From Myxococcales bacterium (GTDB lineage: Bacteria; Myxococcota_A; UBA9042), in the NCBI GenBank assembly GCA_009692425.1, contig SHZF01000004.1, forward strand, positions 10,175 through 74,174: a DNA stretch of 64,000 nt, written 5' to 3'. Position 1 is the first letter of the stretch, and each line of letters starts with the position of its first letter. The notes under the pieces were generated by a model that was not told the DNA's origin, searched no databases, and was given only the letters and a program-made list of their open reading frames with translations. Positions 16,192 to 25,179 of this stretch are shown here, one piece after another. A program made the translations under genes and the position numbers.

Positions 16192-18452
16192 GTGCACAGC
16201 CGATCGACGGCGGGATTTGCGGGGAACGCACGGCGCGGTCTGGGCCGGAGCGGGCGGCCCTGTGGAGCATGAGCGCGTGGGCGGCCATCGCGTTGTCCGT
16301 CGCGGCGTGCGGGGGCGAGGACTCGCCGAAGAAAGCCGACGCCGATGCTGCCAGCGACGGGGCGGGAGCAGGCGCCGAGACGGCCGACGATCTGGCTCGC
16401 GTGGCCGACATCGACGAACCCGACAGTGCGGCACGTAGTGATGCCGCGGGCACCGATCTGACTGTGAACGACGCCGCCCCCGCCGACGAGGCGACGCCCG
16501 ACGTGCCGCCGGACGTGCCGCTTGCCGACCTCGGTCAGGACGTCCCGACGCCGGTGGACATTGCGCAGTGTGCGACGGGCACCGACTGCGCCGGCCTCCT
16601 GAAGTTGCAGCCGTGCGAACAGGCCACCTGCGTTGCCGGCCAATGCAAGCCGGAGCCGAAACCGGACCAGTGCTGCACCGATGCCGACTGCAACGATCAG
16701 GGCGAGTGCGTGGCGGGCAAGTGCGACACGGGGGCGCATGCGTGCCTGTACACGCCGATCCCGAACTGCTGCAGCGGCAAGGTGACGCTGCTCAAGACCT
16801 CGCTTGAGGGCGCCCCGTTCGAAGACGTGAGCGCCCAGGAGTCGCCCCAGAACGGCAATGTCGCGTGGGGCGAATCGACCACGCGCGCCCACTCCGGCAA
16901 GAAGGCGCTGTACTTTGGCAACGCCTGCAAGACGTACGACAACAGCCTGAACGTGGCGAACGGTTGCAAGGTCGGCGGTGCGTCGACCCCGATCCAGTCG
17001 GCGCTCACGACGAAGGAGCACGCGCTGCCCAAAGACAAGAAGGCGCAGTTGCACTTCTGGCTGTGGCTCGACACGGAATCGCCGTATGCCGACACGCTGC
17101 CCAAGGGGACGTGTGCGACCCCGTGCGTGGCGGGCGCGGCGTGCATTCAGGTCAACGGTCAGTCGCAGTGCGTGCCGGAAAAGGATGTGCTGACCGTCAG
17201 CGTGCTGCAGGGCGAGACCGCGACGTCGGTGTTCTCGTCGCTGCAGATCGGCAAGTCGACGAAGGGACAGTGGCTGCACGTCGCGGTCGACCTGTCGAAG
17301 TGGGCCGGCCACTCGATCAAGGCGCAGTGGGCGTTCGCAACGGGTACGAACCTGAAGAACGGCTACGAGGGCATCTACCTCGACGACCTCGTGATCGAGA
17401 CGAACTGCACGGAAAAAGGCGCGTTCTGCGACGAAAAGGCGCCATGCCAGGATGACGCCAACGCGTGTACTCAGGACGTGTGCACGAAGTACGCCAACAA
17501 CGCGGGACTCGGCGTGTGCTTTGCCGACAAGAAGGTCGGTTGCTGCACGGTCGTGTCCGAGTGCGCGGACGGCAACGCGTGCACCCTCGACGCCTGCAAT
17601 GCAAGCCAATGCTCGTGGAAGCCGGACGCGACGAAGCCGGCATGCTGCAAGGCCGAAGTGCTGGCGCCGCTGGAGGACTTCGAATCCGGCACGCTCGACG
17701 TGTGGTCGGTGTTCGAGTCCAACTCGACCATCTCGAAGTGGCGGCTGCACCCGACCGGAGGCAACGCGGGCCAGGCCCTGTACTTCGGCACCGAAGGCCT
17801 CGACACTTACGCGGACCCGGCGCTCGGCAAGGACTTGGGACCCAAGGGCACGATCTGCATGGACAAGGTCAAGATCAAGCAGGGCTCGCTCCACGACCTC
17901 GTAACGTTCGACCTGCAGATGGAGACGGAGTGGACCGGCTTGCCTGCGACGACCTACAAGAATCCGCCGGTCGCTGGTGGCAAAAAATTCGACGCGCTGG
18001 CTGTCTCCGTGTACCACAACGGCACGTTTACTGAGGTGTGGTCGTCGGATGCGGTGCTCGGAACGACGGGGGGACAGTGGTTGCCGGTGACGGTCGCGCT
18101 CGACGCCTTTCAGGGCCAGACGGTGCAGTTGTGCTTCGCTTTCGACGCGGGCGACGGCGCGGTCAACGACAAGGCCGGCGTGCGACTCGACAACGTGCTG
18201 GTCAAGGTCGCATGCAGCAAAAAGCCCTGCTATTTCGCAACGGAATGCAAGGCACTGTCTTGTGGCACGTGCAAGGTGCCGATATGCGACGGGGCCGGTT
18301 GCCAGTGCGTTGCGGTGCCGGATTGCTGCACGGCGGCGCAGGACTGTGACGACGGCGAAACAAAGTGTACGATCGACAAATGCGGGGCCGACGGCAAGTG
18401 CGTGCACGAGCCAACGGGGTTCGCCGATTGCCCGAACGCGGGCGGCAAGTAG
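16188..18452 (+). CDS. Giant lipoprotein paralog 2 (~755 aa), with the same MAM-like plus Cys-rich repeat architecture. The start could be ATG 16188 (ATGA overlap with the upstream stop), GTG 16182 or ATG 16269.
   Basis: Signal MSAWAAIALSVAACGG. Motifs KALYFGNACKTYDNS, FWLWLDTESPYAD, YEGIYLDDLVIETNC, CADGNACTLDAC, CDDGETKCTIDKC. Confidence 0.8.
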   Translation: MSAQPIDGGICGERTARSGPERAALWSMSAWAAIALSVAACGGEDSPKKADADAASDGAGAGAETADDLARVADIDEPDSAARSDAAGTDLTVNDAAPADEATPDVPPDVPLADLGQDVPTPVDIAQCATGTDCAGLLKLQPCEQATCVAGQCKPEPKPDQCCTDADCNDQGECVAGKCDTGAHACLYTPIPNCCSGKVTLLKTSLEGAPFEDVSAQESPQNGNVAWGESTTRAHSGKKALYFGNACKTYDNSLNVANGCKVGGASTPIQSALTTKEHALPKDKKAQLHFWLWLDTESPYADTLPKGTCATPCVAGAACIQVNGQSQCVPEKDVLTVSVLQGETATSVFSSLQIGKSTKGQWLHVAVDLSKWAGHSIKAQWAFATGTNLKNGYEGIYLDDLVIETNCTEKGAFCDEKAPCQDDANACTQDVCTKYANNAGLGVCFADKKVGCCTVVSECADGNACTLDACNASQCSWKPDATKPACCKAEVLAPLEDFESGTLDVWSVFESNSTISKWRLHPTGGNAGQALYFGTEGLDTYADPALGKDLGPKGTICMDKVKIKQGSLHDLVTFDLQMETEWTGLPATTYKNPPVAGGKKFDALAVSVYHNGTFTEVWSSDAVLGTTGGQWLPVTVALDAFQGQTVQLCFAFDAGDGAVNDKAGVRLDNVLVKVACSKKPCYFATECKALSCGTCKVPICDGAGCQCVAVPDCCTAAQDCDDGETKCTIDKCGADGKCVHEPTGFADCPNAGGK

Positions 18453-18521
18453 GGGCCGAAGTGCTCGCCAGCGGGGATCGGGACCTCGCAGGCAGCCTCA
18501 GCGTGTGTGTGGAGGGATGTG

Positions 18522-21500
18522 ATGGTGTGCAATGATCCAGTGGGCAAGGGCAATCTCGCGGCGTGCGCACAAGGGGCCCGCCAGTTTCTTGCGGGCCTGG
18601 GGCTCCTCGCGGCCGCTGTCGCGTGCGGGGACCCGGTCGCGACGGCCAAGACCGCGCCGGCAACGCCCGACACGACTGACCCAGATGGTGGGCAAGATGG
18701 CACCGAACCGACCGACGCACCTGCCGTGGTCGACACTGCGGCGCCGCTGGATGGCGATGCCGCCATCGAAGCGAAGGGTCCCGAACTGACCGATGCACCG
18801 GACATCCAGACGGCCCCGGACGTCGGTTGCCTGACGGACAACCAATGCGTGGGTGCCGTGCCCGTGACCGGTTGCACCGTGGCCGTCTGCCAGAAAGGCC
18901 TGTGCATCTTGGGGCCCAAGCCGGGGACGTGTTGCGACGACGCGCCGTGCGACGATGGCGTGCAGTGCACGAAGGACAAATGCGACGTGGCGACGAACAC
19001 GTGCCAGAACGCCCCGATTGCCGGGTGCTGCCAGAACCAGAAGAAATACTTGAACGTTGGCTTCGAGCAGGCGCCGGTGGGCGTTGCCGCGACGTACGAG
19101 GGCTTCGTGCAGAGCCCCGACCCGAAGGACGCCTCCTACCCGAACGGCAACGTGAAGTGGCAGGTCGAGACGCGGCGCGCGCACTCGGGCACCCACTCCC
19201 TGTACTTCGGCAATGAATGCGGAACGTACGACTCGGAGATGAAGGGGGCGCTCGCCTGCAAGGAAAGTGCGGTCTCGCTGGCCCTCTACACCGCGCTGAA
19301 GTCGAGTGAAGTGCAGATTCCGGCGGGCGAAGCCGCGCTGCTGTCGTTCTGGATGTGGGTCGACACGCAGCCGGTGCTGACGCAGTTGCATTGGACCCAG
19401 ACGCAGAAAGGGGAAAATGATTGCTCGCCGAAATGCGGCATCGGCGCCACCTGCGCGGCCAACGCGAACGGCAAGACGGAGTGTGTCAAGCAGCCCCAGA
19501 AGGCCGGCACCTGCAAGGTGCCGTGCGATCCCGGAACGACGTGTGTCGATGTCGGCGGCGGCAACTCGGCGTGCGTCAACGAGAGCGACGTGATGACGGT
19601 GCGCATCAACGGGGCGGTCAAGCCCACGCTGACCTCGACGGAATTCGACAAGTCGACCAAGGGGCAGTGGAAGCATTTCGTTGTCAACCTCGCGGAGTAC
19701 GCGGGCAAGTCGGTTCAGATCCTCTGGGAATTCAAGACGAACACAAATCGCAACGCCTACGAGGGCATCTACCTCGACGACGTAGGCATCGAAACGTACT
19801 GCGTGAAGAAGGACGAGAAGTCCGAGGGCTTCGCCAGCTGCGACGAGAAGACCGCGTGCCCCGACGACAAGAAGGAGTGCTCAGCCGACGTTTGCACGCC
19901 GTTCACGAACCTGAAGGTTCAGGGCCTGTGCCTGTACGACAAGGTGGCGAACTGCTGCGCGGGGTCGATCGACTGCGACGACGCGAAGGACTGCACGGTC
20001 GATGCGTGCAACAAGGCCGTCGGCAAGCCCACGGGGTCGTGTTCGCACAAGCCCGACTCGAACAAGGAGCAGTGCTGCAAGGCCGAAAAACTGTTCGGCG
20101 ACAACTTCGAAGCGGGCAGCTTGGCGGGATGGGCGACGGTGCTGAGCAACTCGCAGCAGGTCCTGTGGCAACTCCACAAGTCCGGCGGCACGGGCGGCGG
20201 CGCGGCGATGTACTTCGGCAACGCAGCACAGACCAACTACGACGACCCGACGATCAAGCCGAACGGGCCGAAGGGGCGTGTGTGCTCGGTCAAGAAGGTC
20301 AAGCTGACAGACACTGCGGCCTACAACGTCGCAAAGTTCCAGCTGAAGATGGAGACGGAGTGGTCGGGCAAGAAGAAGGAGAGCTACGTCAACCCGGCCG
20401 TCGTGCAGGGCCAGCCGGTCGAGAAGGTCGACTACTTGAACGTGGAAGTTCGCGTCGCTGGCGTCGTGCAGACCGTGTGGTCGTCAGACTCGGTGTACGG
20501 CACGACCGAAGGGCAGTTCCTGCCCGTGACGGTGGACCTGGACAAGTTCGCCGGCAAGGAGGTGGAGTTGTGCTTCTACTTCGACGCGGGCGATTCGGCG
20601 GCGAACGCAGCCAAGGGCATCACGATCGATGACGTGCAGATTGCGGTCGCGTGCGAAAAGGAAGTCTGCACGGTCGCCGAACACTGCGCAGCGGAGTGCG
20701 ACGCTGTGCTCGACACGCCATCGTGTGAGGCAGGCAAGTGCGTCTGCACGAAGATCCCCGGCAAGTGCAAGGACGACGCGTCATGCGACGACAAGGACAG
20801 TTGCACCGACCAGGCGTGCAAGTTGGGCAAGTGCGAATACACCATGAAGTCGCCAACGTGCTGCGCAGCAAAGACGCCTTACCAGGAGTCGTTCGATGCG
20901 GGCGTGGCCGGGGCGGCGCTGCCAACCGGGTGGAAGGTGACGGGCCTGCCGGGCACGGCGCTGAATGGCAAGCCGTATGACCAGACGATCAAGTGGAATA
21001 TCACGGACTTGAAGGCGAAGTCACCCCAATTTTCACTCTATTTCGGCAACAACGGCACCTACAACGCGGGGGCCTCGGCGCCCGGCGGGCTGGCGCGCAG
21101 CCCCGAAGTGACGCTGCCGGCCAACGGGACCACGCTCCTCACCTTTGCGCTGTTCCTGTCGACCGAGTGGGACCCGAATCCGAAGGACCCGACCAAAGTG
21201 TTCAAGGCGCCGCCCCCGGGCATCGTCGTCGACCGGCTGCGGGTGGGTCTGAACGACCCCAAGCAAGCCGACGCGGCCAAGGCCAATGCCTGGCTGTGGG
21301 ACAGCTACGCGATCGAAGGGACGACGGCGGGCAACTGGCAGGTCGTCGTCGTCGCGGTACCAGACGCCTGGAAGGGCAAGACCGCCAAGCTGCAGTTCGA
21401 GTTCGACGCCGGCCATGACAACAACAACATCTACGAGGGCGCGTACATCGACAACGTGCACTTGACGACGGTCTGCGATGTGCCGGAATGCGTCGAGGAC

Positions 21501-22163
21501 AAGAAGTGCGTGCCGGCGGTTCCCGACGTGTGCAAGAAGTACTACTGCTCGGCCCAGACCGTTGCCAACCAGCTGTCGTTTGCGTGCAAGGCCGACTTCA
21601 AGCCCGGCCCGACCTGCTGTTCTTCGTCGGTGGCGCTGGCGGCGGAGACGTTCGAATCGGCCAAGCTCGGCGCCTGGGCGGGGTCTTGCAACAACACGCT
21701 CGTGAAGTGGCAGGCGTCGCCGCACAAGTACTTGGCTGGCCTGTACGAAGCCTACATGGGCAACCAGGAGAAGCAGAACTACGCCGACGGCACGTCCATT
21801 GTGGTGTGCAGCCTGACGTCGCCGCTGGTGACGCTCTCGTCGGACCTCAAAAAGGAGGCCTTCTTGCAGTTCAAGGCGTGGATCGACGTCGAGACGAACT
21901 CTTTCGAGAAGTTGCGGGTCGTGGCGACGACGTTTGCCGGAAACCAGAAGCTGACGAAGGTGATTTGGGACAAGGCGGTGGCCAAGGACATGACCTTGGC
22001 GGAGTACAAGATGGCGATCGAGAAGAAGATCAACGTCTCGGAATTCAAAGGAAAGGGCGCCGTGTCGTTCAGCTTCGAATTCGACTCCCTCGACGCCAAG
22101 AAAAACGCCGACTTCAAGGGCGTGTACCTCGACGACCTGACGGTGACTGAGCCGTGCCTGTAG
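18522..22163 (+). CDS. Giant lipoprotein paralog 3 (1213 aa): four MAM-like modules interleaved with Cys-rich repeats.
   Basis: GGAGG RBS 6 nt before ATG 18522; the track's GTG 18507 is an alternative. Signal LAGLGLLAAAVAC. Motifs HSLYFGNECGTYDSE, FWMWVDTQP, YEGIYLDDVGIETYC, CDDAKDCTVDAC, NIYEGAYIDNVHLTTVC, FKGVYLDDLTVTEPC. Confidence 0.85.
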   Translation: MVCNDPVGKGNLAACAQGARQFLAGLGLLAAAVACGDPVATAKTAPATPDTTDPDGGQDGTEPTDAPAVVDTAAPLDGDAAIEAKGPELTDAPDIQTAPDVGCLTDNQCVGAVPVTGCTVAVCQKGLCILGPKPGTCCDDAPCDDGVQCTKDKCDVATNTCQNAPIAGCCQNQKKYLNVGFEQAPVGVAATYEGFVQSPDPKDASYPNGNVKWQVETRRAHSGTHSLYFGNECGTYDSEMKGALACKESAVSLALYTALKSSEVQIPAGEAALLSFWMWVDTQPVLTQLHWTQTQKGENDCSPKCGIGATCAANANGKTECVKQPQKAGTCKVPCDPGTTCVDVGGGNSACVNESDVMTVRINGAVKPTLTSTEFDKSTKGQWKHFVVNLAEYAGKSVQILWEFKTNTNRNAYEGIYLDDVGIETYCVKKDEKSEGFASCDEKTACPDDKKECSADVCTPFTNLKVQGLCLYDKVANCCAGSIDCDDAKDCTVDACNKAVGKPTGSCSHKPDSNKEQCCKAEKLFGDNFEAGSLAGWATVLSNSQQVLWQLHKSGGTGGGAAMYFGNAAQTNYDDPTIKPNGPKGRVCSVKKVKLTDTAAYNVAKFQLKMETEWSGKKKESYVNPAVVQGQPVEKVDYLNVEVRVAGVVQTVWSSDSVYGTTEGQFLPVTVDLDKFAGKEVELCFYFDAGDSAANAAKGITIDDVQIAVACEKEVCTVAEHCAAECDAVLDTPSCEAGKCVCTKIPGKCKDDASCDDKDSCTDQACKLGKCEYTMKSPTCCAAKTPYQESFDAGVAGAALPTGWKVTGLPGTALNGKPYDQTIKWNITDLKAKSPQFSLYFGNNGTYNAGASAPGGLARSPEVTLPANGTTLLTFALFLSTEWDPNPKDPTKVFKAPPPGIVVDRLRVGLNDPKQADAAKANAWLWDSYAIEGTTAGNWQVVVVAVPDAWKGKTAKLQFEFDAGHDNNNIYEGAYIDNVHLTTVCDVPECVEDKKCVPAVPDVCKKYYCSAQTVANQLSFACKADFKPGPTCCSSSVALAAETFESAKLGAWAGSCNNTLVKWQASPHKYLAGLYEAYMGNQEKQNYADGTSIVVCSLTSPLVTLSSDLKKEAFLQFKAWIDVETNSFEKLRVVATTFAGNQKLTKVIWDKAVAKDMTLAEYKMAIEKKINVSEFKGKGAVSFSFEFDSLDAKKNADFKGVYLDDLTVTEPCL

Positions 22164-22190
22164 TCCAGCCGACAAGCATCCCTGCGTGCC

Positions 22191-23138
22191 TTGAGACAGG
22201 CATTGTCGTGCCGACCGAAGTCCATGCCCGCCCTCTCTGACCGCAGCTTCAATCCCGGCGCGTGGGCGCGGCTCGGCTTGGTCGCAGTCGGCCTGGGCGT
22301 GGTCGCGCTGGCGGTGTGGGCGACGACGTTTTGGCACGAGGACGCGATCGAAGTGCCGCGCCTGCTCGACAAGCGCTTCGATGAGGCACCGGGCCGGCCG
22401 GGCAGCACGACCACGCGCATCTCAAAGCTGGGGGCCAAGGCGGTGCCGACGCTGATCCAGGACCTCGGTTCTGGCATTGTGACGGAGCGCCAGAAGGCCT
22501 TGGAACTGCTGTCGACGATCGACGACCCGCGCGTGGTGCCGGCCCTTGCCCACGGCCTGGTGGACCGCGATCTGGGCGTGCGGTTGATCGCCTTGGCGGG
22601 ACTCGGGCGCACCGGCAAAGCGGAGGCGGCGGCGGTGCTGTGGGGCCTCACCGAAGCGCCGAGTGAACTGGTGCGCTACCGGGCGCTGGTGGGCATCGGC
22701 CTGACCGGGCAACAGCCGGATGCCGACCGGCTGTTGCGCGACCTGCCCGGCGTGATCGGCCACGAGCGCTACGTGCAGGCCTGGGCGGCGGGCCGCATCC
22801 TGCGCCGGCTGGCGAACCCGGACCGCCAAGGCTACCTGCCCGGAGCGCCCGTGCCGGCCGACGAAGCCGCAGCCGCGCAGTTGCAGGCAGACGTCGATTT
22901 GGTGCACGCCGCGCTCGACAAATTGGAATCGCCGCGCCAGAACGCCATCTTGTTGTCTGAACGCACGGACGTCGCGTTCGCCACTTGGGACCAAGGGCAC
23001 CAGATCGCGCTTCAGGTGGTCGCCGTCAACGGGCCCCACGCGGTGCGGCGCGGGTCGGCCGAGTCGGTGGTCGCACCGCCACCTCCGTCGAAACGGGGCT
23101 TGGAGTTGCGCGGAGAGCGGGTCCCGGTGGCACGCTGA
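22191..23138 (+). CDS. Membrane-anchored HEAT/PBS-lyase-type repeat protein. The start is probably the internal Met at 22224.
   Basis: One N-terminal TM helix, then AVPTLIQDL...ALELL..DDPRVVPALAHGLVDRDLGVRLIALAGLGR repeats. Confidence 0.6.
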   Translation: MRQALSCRPKSMPALSDRSFNPGAWARLGLVAVGLGVVALAVWATTFWHEDAIEVPRLLDKRFDEAPGRPGSTTTRISKLGAKAVPTLIQDLGSGIVTERQKALELLSTIDDPRVVPALAHGLVDRDLGVRLIALAGLGRTGKAEAAAVLWGLTEAPSELVRYRALVGIGLTGQQPDADRLLRDLPGVIGHERYVQAWAAGRILRRLANPDRQGYLPGAPVPADEAAAAQLQADVDLVHAALDKLESPRQNAILLSERTDVAFATWDQGHQIALQVVAVNGPHAVRRGSAESVVAPPPPSKRGLELRGERVPVAR

Positions 23139-23283
23139 TTCCAGCGGCGGTCACGAATCCCGCGCGGCAGACGTACCCGGGCGGCAGCGTCAAGTTCTGT
23201 GAAGTGCAGAGTTCAGTCCACGCGCCGGTATGCTACAAAGCGTGCAGCATGCGGCGCGACCGCAGCCCGACCGGAGTCGCAAC

Positions 23284-23985
23284 ATGGCGCGCATTCTGAT
23301 CATCGACGACGACGTCCGGCTCGGCGCTCTGCTGGAGCGGTTGTTCAAGCCCGAAGGCTTTCAGGTAACACTCGTCACCGACGGCCTGCAGGGAGTGCGC
23401 CGGGCGTGCGCCGAGGTGTTCGACATGGTCGTGCTCGACGTGATGCTGCCCGGGCTCGACGGCTTCGAGGTGCTGCGCCGCATCCGGCAACAGTCCTCGG
23501 TGCCGGTCCTGATGCTGACGGCCAAAGGCACGGACAACGACCGCGTGGTGGGCCTTGAACTCGGCGCCGACGATTACCTGCCCAAGCCGTTCAATCCCCG
23601 TGAACTCGTGGCGCGCATCAAGGCGGTGTTGCGGCGGGCCGAGCCTGGCATGGCGGCGACCAAGGCCGAAGTGCTGCGCGTCGGCGACCTGGCGATCGAC
23701 GCCGCGCGGCGGGAGGCGTCGGTGCGCGGCACCACCGTCCAATTGACGACCACGGAATTCGACTTGCTGCGCTGCTTCATGCGCTACCCGGGTCAGGTGT
23801 TGAGCCGCGATGCGCTGATGGACATGCTGCGCGGCGTGGGCTACGCGGCGTACGATCGTTCGATCGACGTGCATGTGAAGAACCTGCGCGCGAAGATCGA
23901 GACGGACTCGCGCACGCCCAAGTACATCAAGACAATCTGGGGCACCGGCTACATGCTCGCCGCCGACGCGGTCGCTGCCGAGTAG
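23284..23985 (+). CDS. OmpR-family response regulator (receiver + winged-helix)
   Basis: MARILIIDDD..., D-box VLDVMLPGLDG, C-terminal TTTEFDLL...IKTIWGTGY winged helix. Confidence 0.9.
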   Translation: MARILIIDDDVRLGALLERLFKPEGFQVTLVTDGLQGVRRACAEVFDMVVLDVMLPGLDGFEVLRRIRQQSSVPVLMLTAKGTDNDRVVGLELGADDYLPKPFNPRELVARIKAVLRRAEPGMAATKAEVLRVGDLAIDAARREASVRGTTVQLTTTEFDLLRCFMRYPGQVLSRDALMDMLRGVGYAAYDRSIDVHVKNLRAKIETDSRTPKYIKTIWGTGYMLAADAVAAE

Positions 23986-23991
23986 GCACCC

Positions 23992-25179
23992 ATGCCGCAT
24001 CAGGACTTGTACGGCGCGCCCGATGGCCCGGCCCCCGTTGCCGTGCGCGCGCCCGTGCAGGCTCCGGGGCTGTCGCGTGGCGAATGGACCGTCATCGGGG
24101 TCGGCGGCGCGGGCCTGTTGGCGGTCGGCGTGGCAGCGGTGCTGGCGGCGCTGGATGCGAACCCGAGCGGACACCTGGCCATCTTTGCCGAGTTGTTGAT
24201 TGCGGCGTGCGCCCTGACGGTCCTGCTCATCATGTCAGTCACGCTGTCGCAGCGGCTTGCCGTGCGCGTTCGCATGTTGCGCGAGGTGGCACAGGAGCTC
24301 GGCGGCGGGGACCTCGGCGTCCGCGCGCCGGTCGAATCGGCCGACGACCTGGGCAAGCTCGGCCAGTCCCTCAACGTGATGGCGGATCGGATTGCGCGCG
24401 TACTTCAGGCGCAGCGCGACCTGCTGTCGGGTGTTTCGCACGAATTGCGCAGCCCACTCGCGCGCATCGAAGTCGCCATCGAGTTGATCCGCATGGAATT
24501 CGAAGATGGCCGCCGCAACGCGCCGGGCGGTGCCGACCGGCGCAAAAGCCAGGGCGAGGAGTTGGTGGCGGAAATCCAGATGGAGGTCGGCCTGCTCGAG
24601 CGCCACATCGAGCGCCTGCTCGACGCGCAGCGGGTCGGAGTCGATCGCGTGCTGGTGCAGCGCGAACTCGTGCGGGTCGATGAGTTGCTCGGCCAGATCC
24701 TGGATCGCGAGCAGCACCGGTTGAGCCATCTCGGCTTTGCGGTCGAGCGCAGCCTCGAACTGTACGATGGCAAAGTCTCAGGCGACCCCAACGCCCTGGA
24801 CCGGGCGTTCTCGACGCTGATTGAAAACGTGGTGCAGCACGCCCAGCACGGGGGCAGCGCCCGCAGCGTGCGGATGGAGTCGCGACGCGACACGATGGGC
24901 GTGGTTGTGCGCGTGCTCGACCGCGGGCCTGGGCTGGCGCAGGAGCAGTGCGCACGCGTGTTCGAGGCCTTCTTCCGCGTGGACCCGAGCCGCACAGAGC
25001 AAACTGGAGGCACAGGACTTGGTTTGTACCTCGTCAAGAAGATTTCCGAGGCCCACGGCGGCACGGCGCGCGCCCACCCGCGGGCGGGCGGGGGCCTCGT
25101 GATCGAAGTGCGCCTGCCCTTGCACGGCCAGCGCCAGGCCAAAGAGACGGTCAAGGTCCAGGCGGTCAGTGGTGACTGA
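23992..25179 (+). CDS. Sensor histidine kinase (TM + HAMP + HisKA + HATPase_c)
   Basis: HELRSPLARIEVAIELI H-box; GGTGLGLYLVKKISEAHGG G-box. Confidence 0.85.
   Translation: MPHQDLYGAPDGPAPVAVRAPVQAPGLSRGEWTVIGVGGAGLLAVGVAAVLAALDANPSGHLAIFAELLIAACALTVLLIMSVTLSQRLAVRVRMLREVAQELGGGDLGVRAPVESADDLGKLGQSLNVMADRIARVLQAQRDLLSGVSHELRSPLARIEVAIELIRMEFEDGRRNAPGGADRRKSQGEELVAEIQMEVGLLERHIERLLDAQRVGVDRVLVQRELVRVDELLGQILDREQHRLSHLGFAVERSLELYDGKVSGDPNALDRAFSTLIENVVQHAQHGGSARSVRMESRRDTMGVVVRVLDRGPGLAQEQCARVFEAFFRVDPSRTEQTGGTGLGLYLVKKISEAHGGTARAHPRAGGGLVIEVRLPLHGQRQAKETVKVQAVSGD

Noticed and set aside
14155-18407. Two long minus-strand ORFs (759 and 766 aa) antisense to the giant lipoprotein genes
   Set aside because: Same Arg/His/Ala-rich artefact composition and no motifs. 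The sense strand encodes lipobox and regular Cys-repeat proteins.
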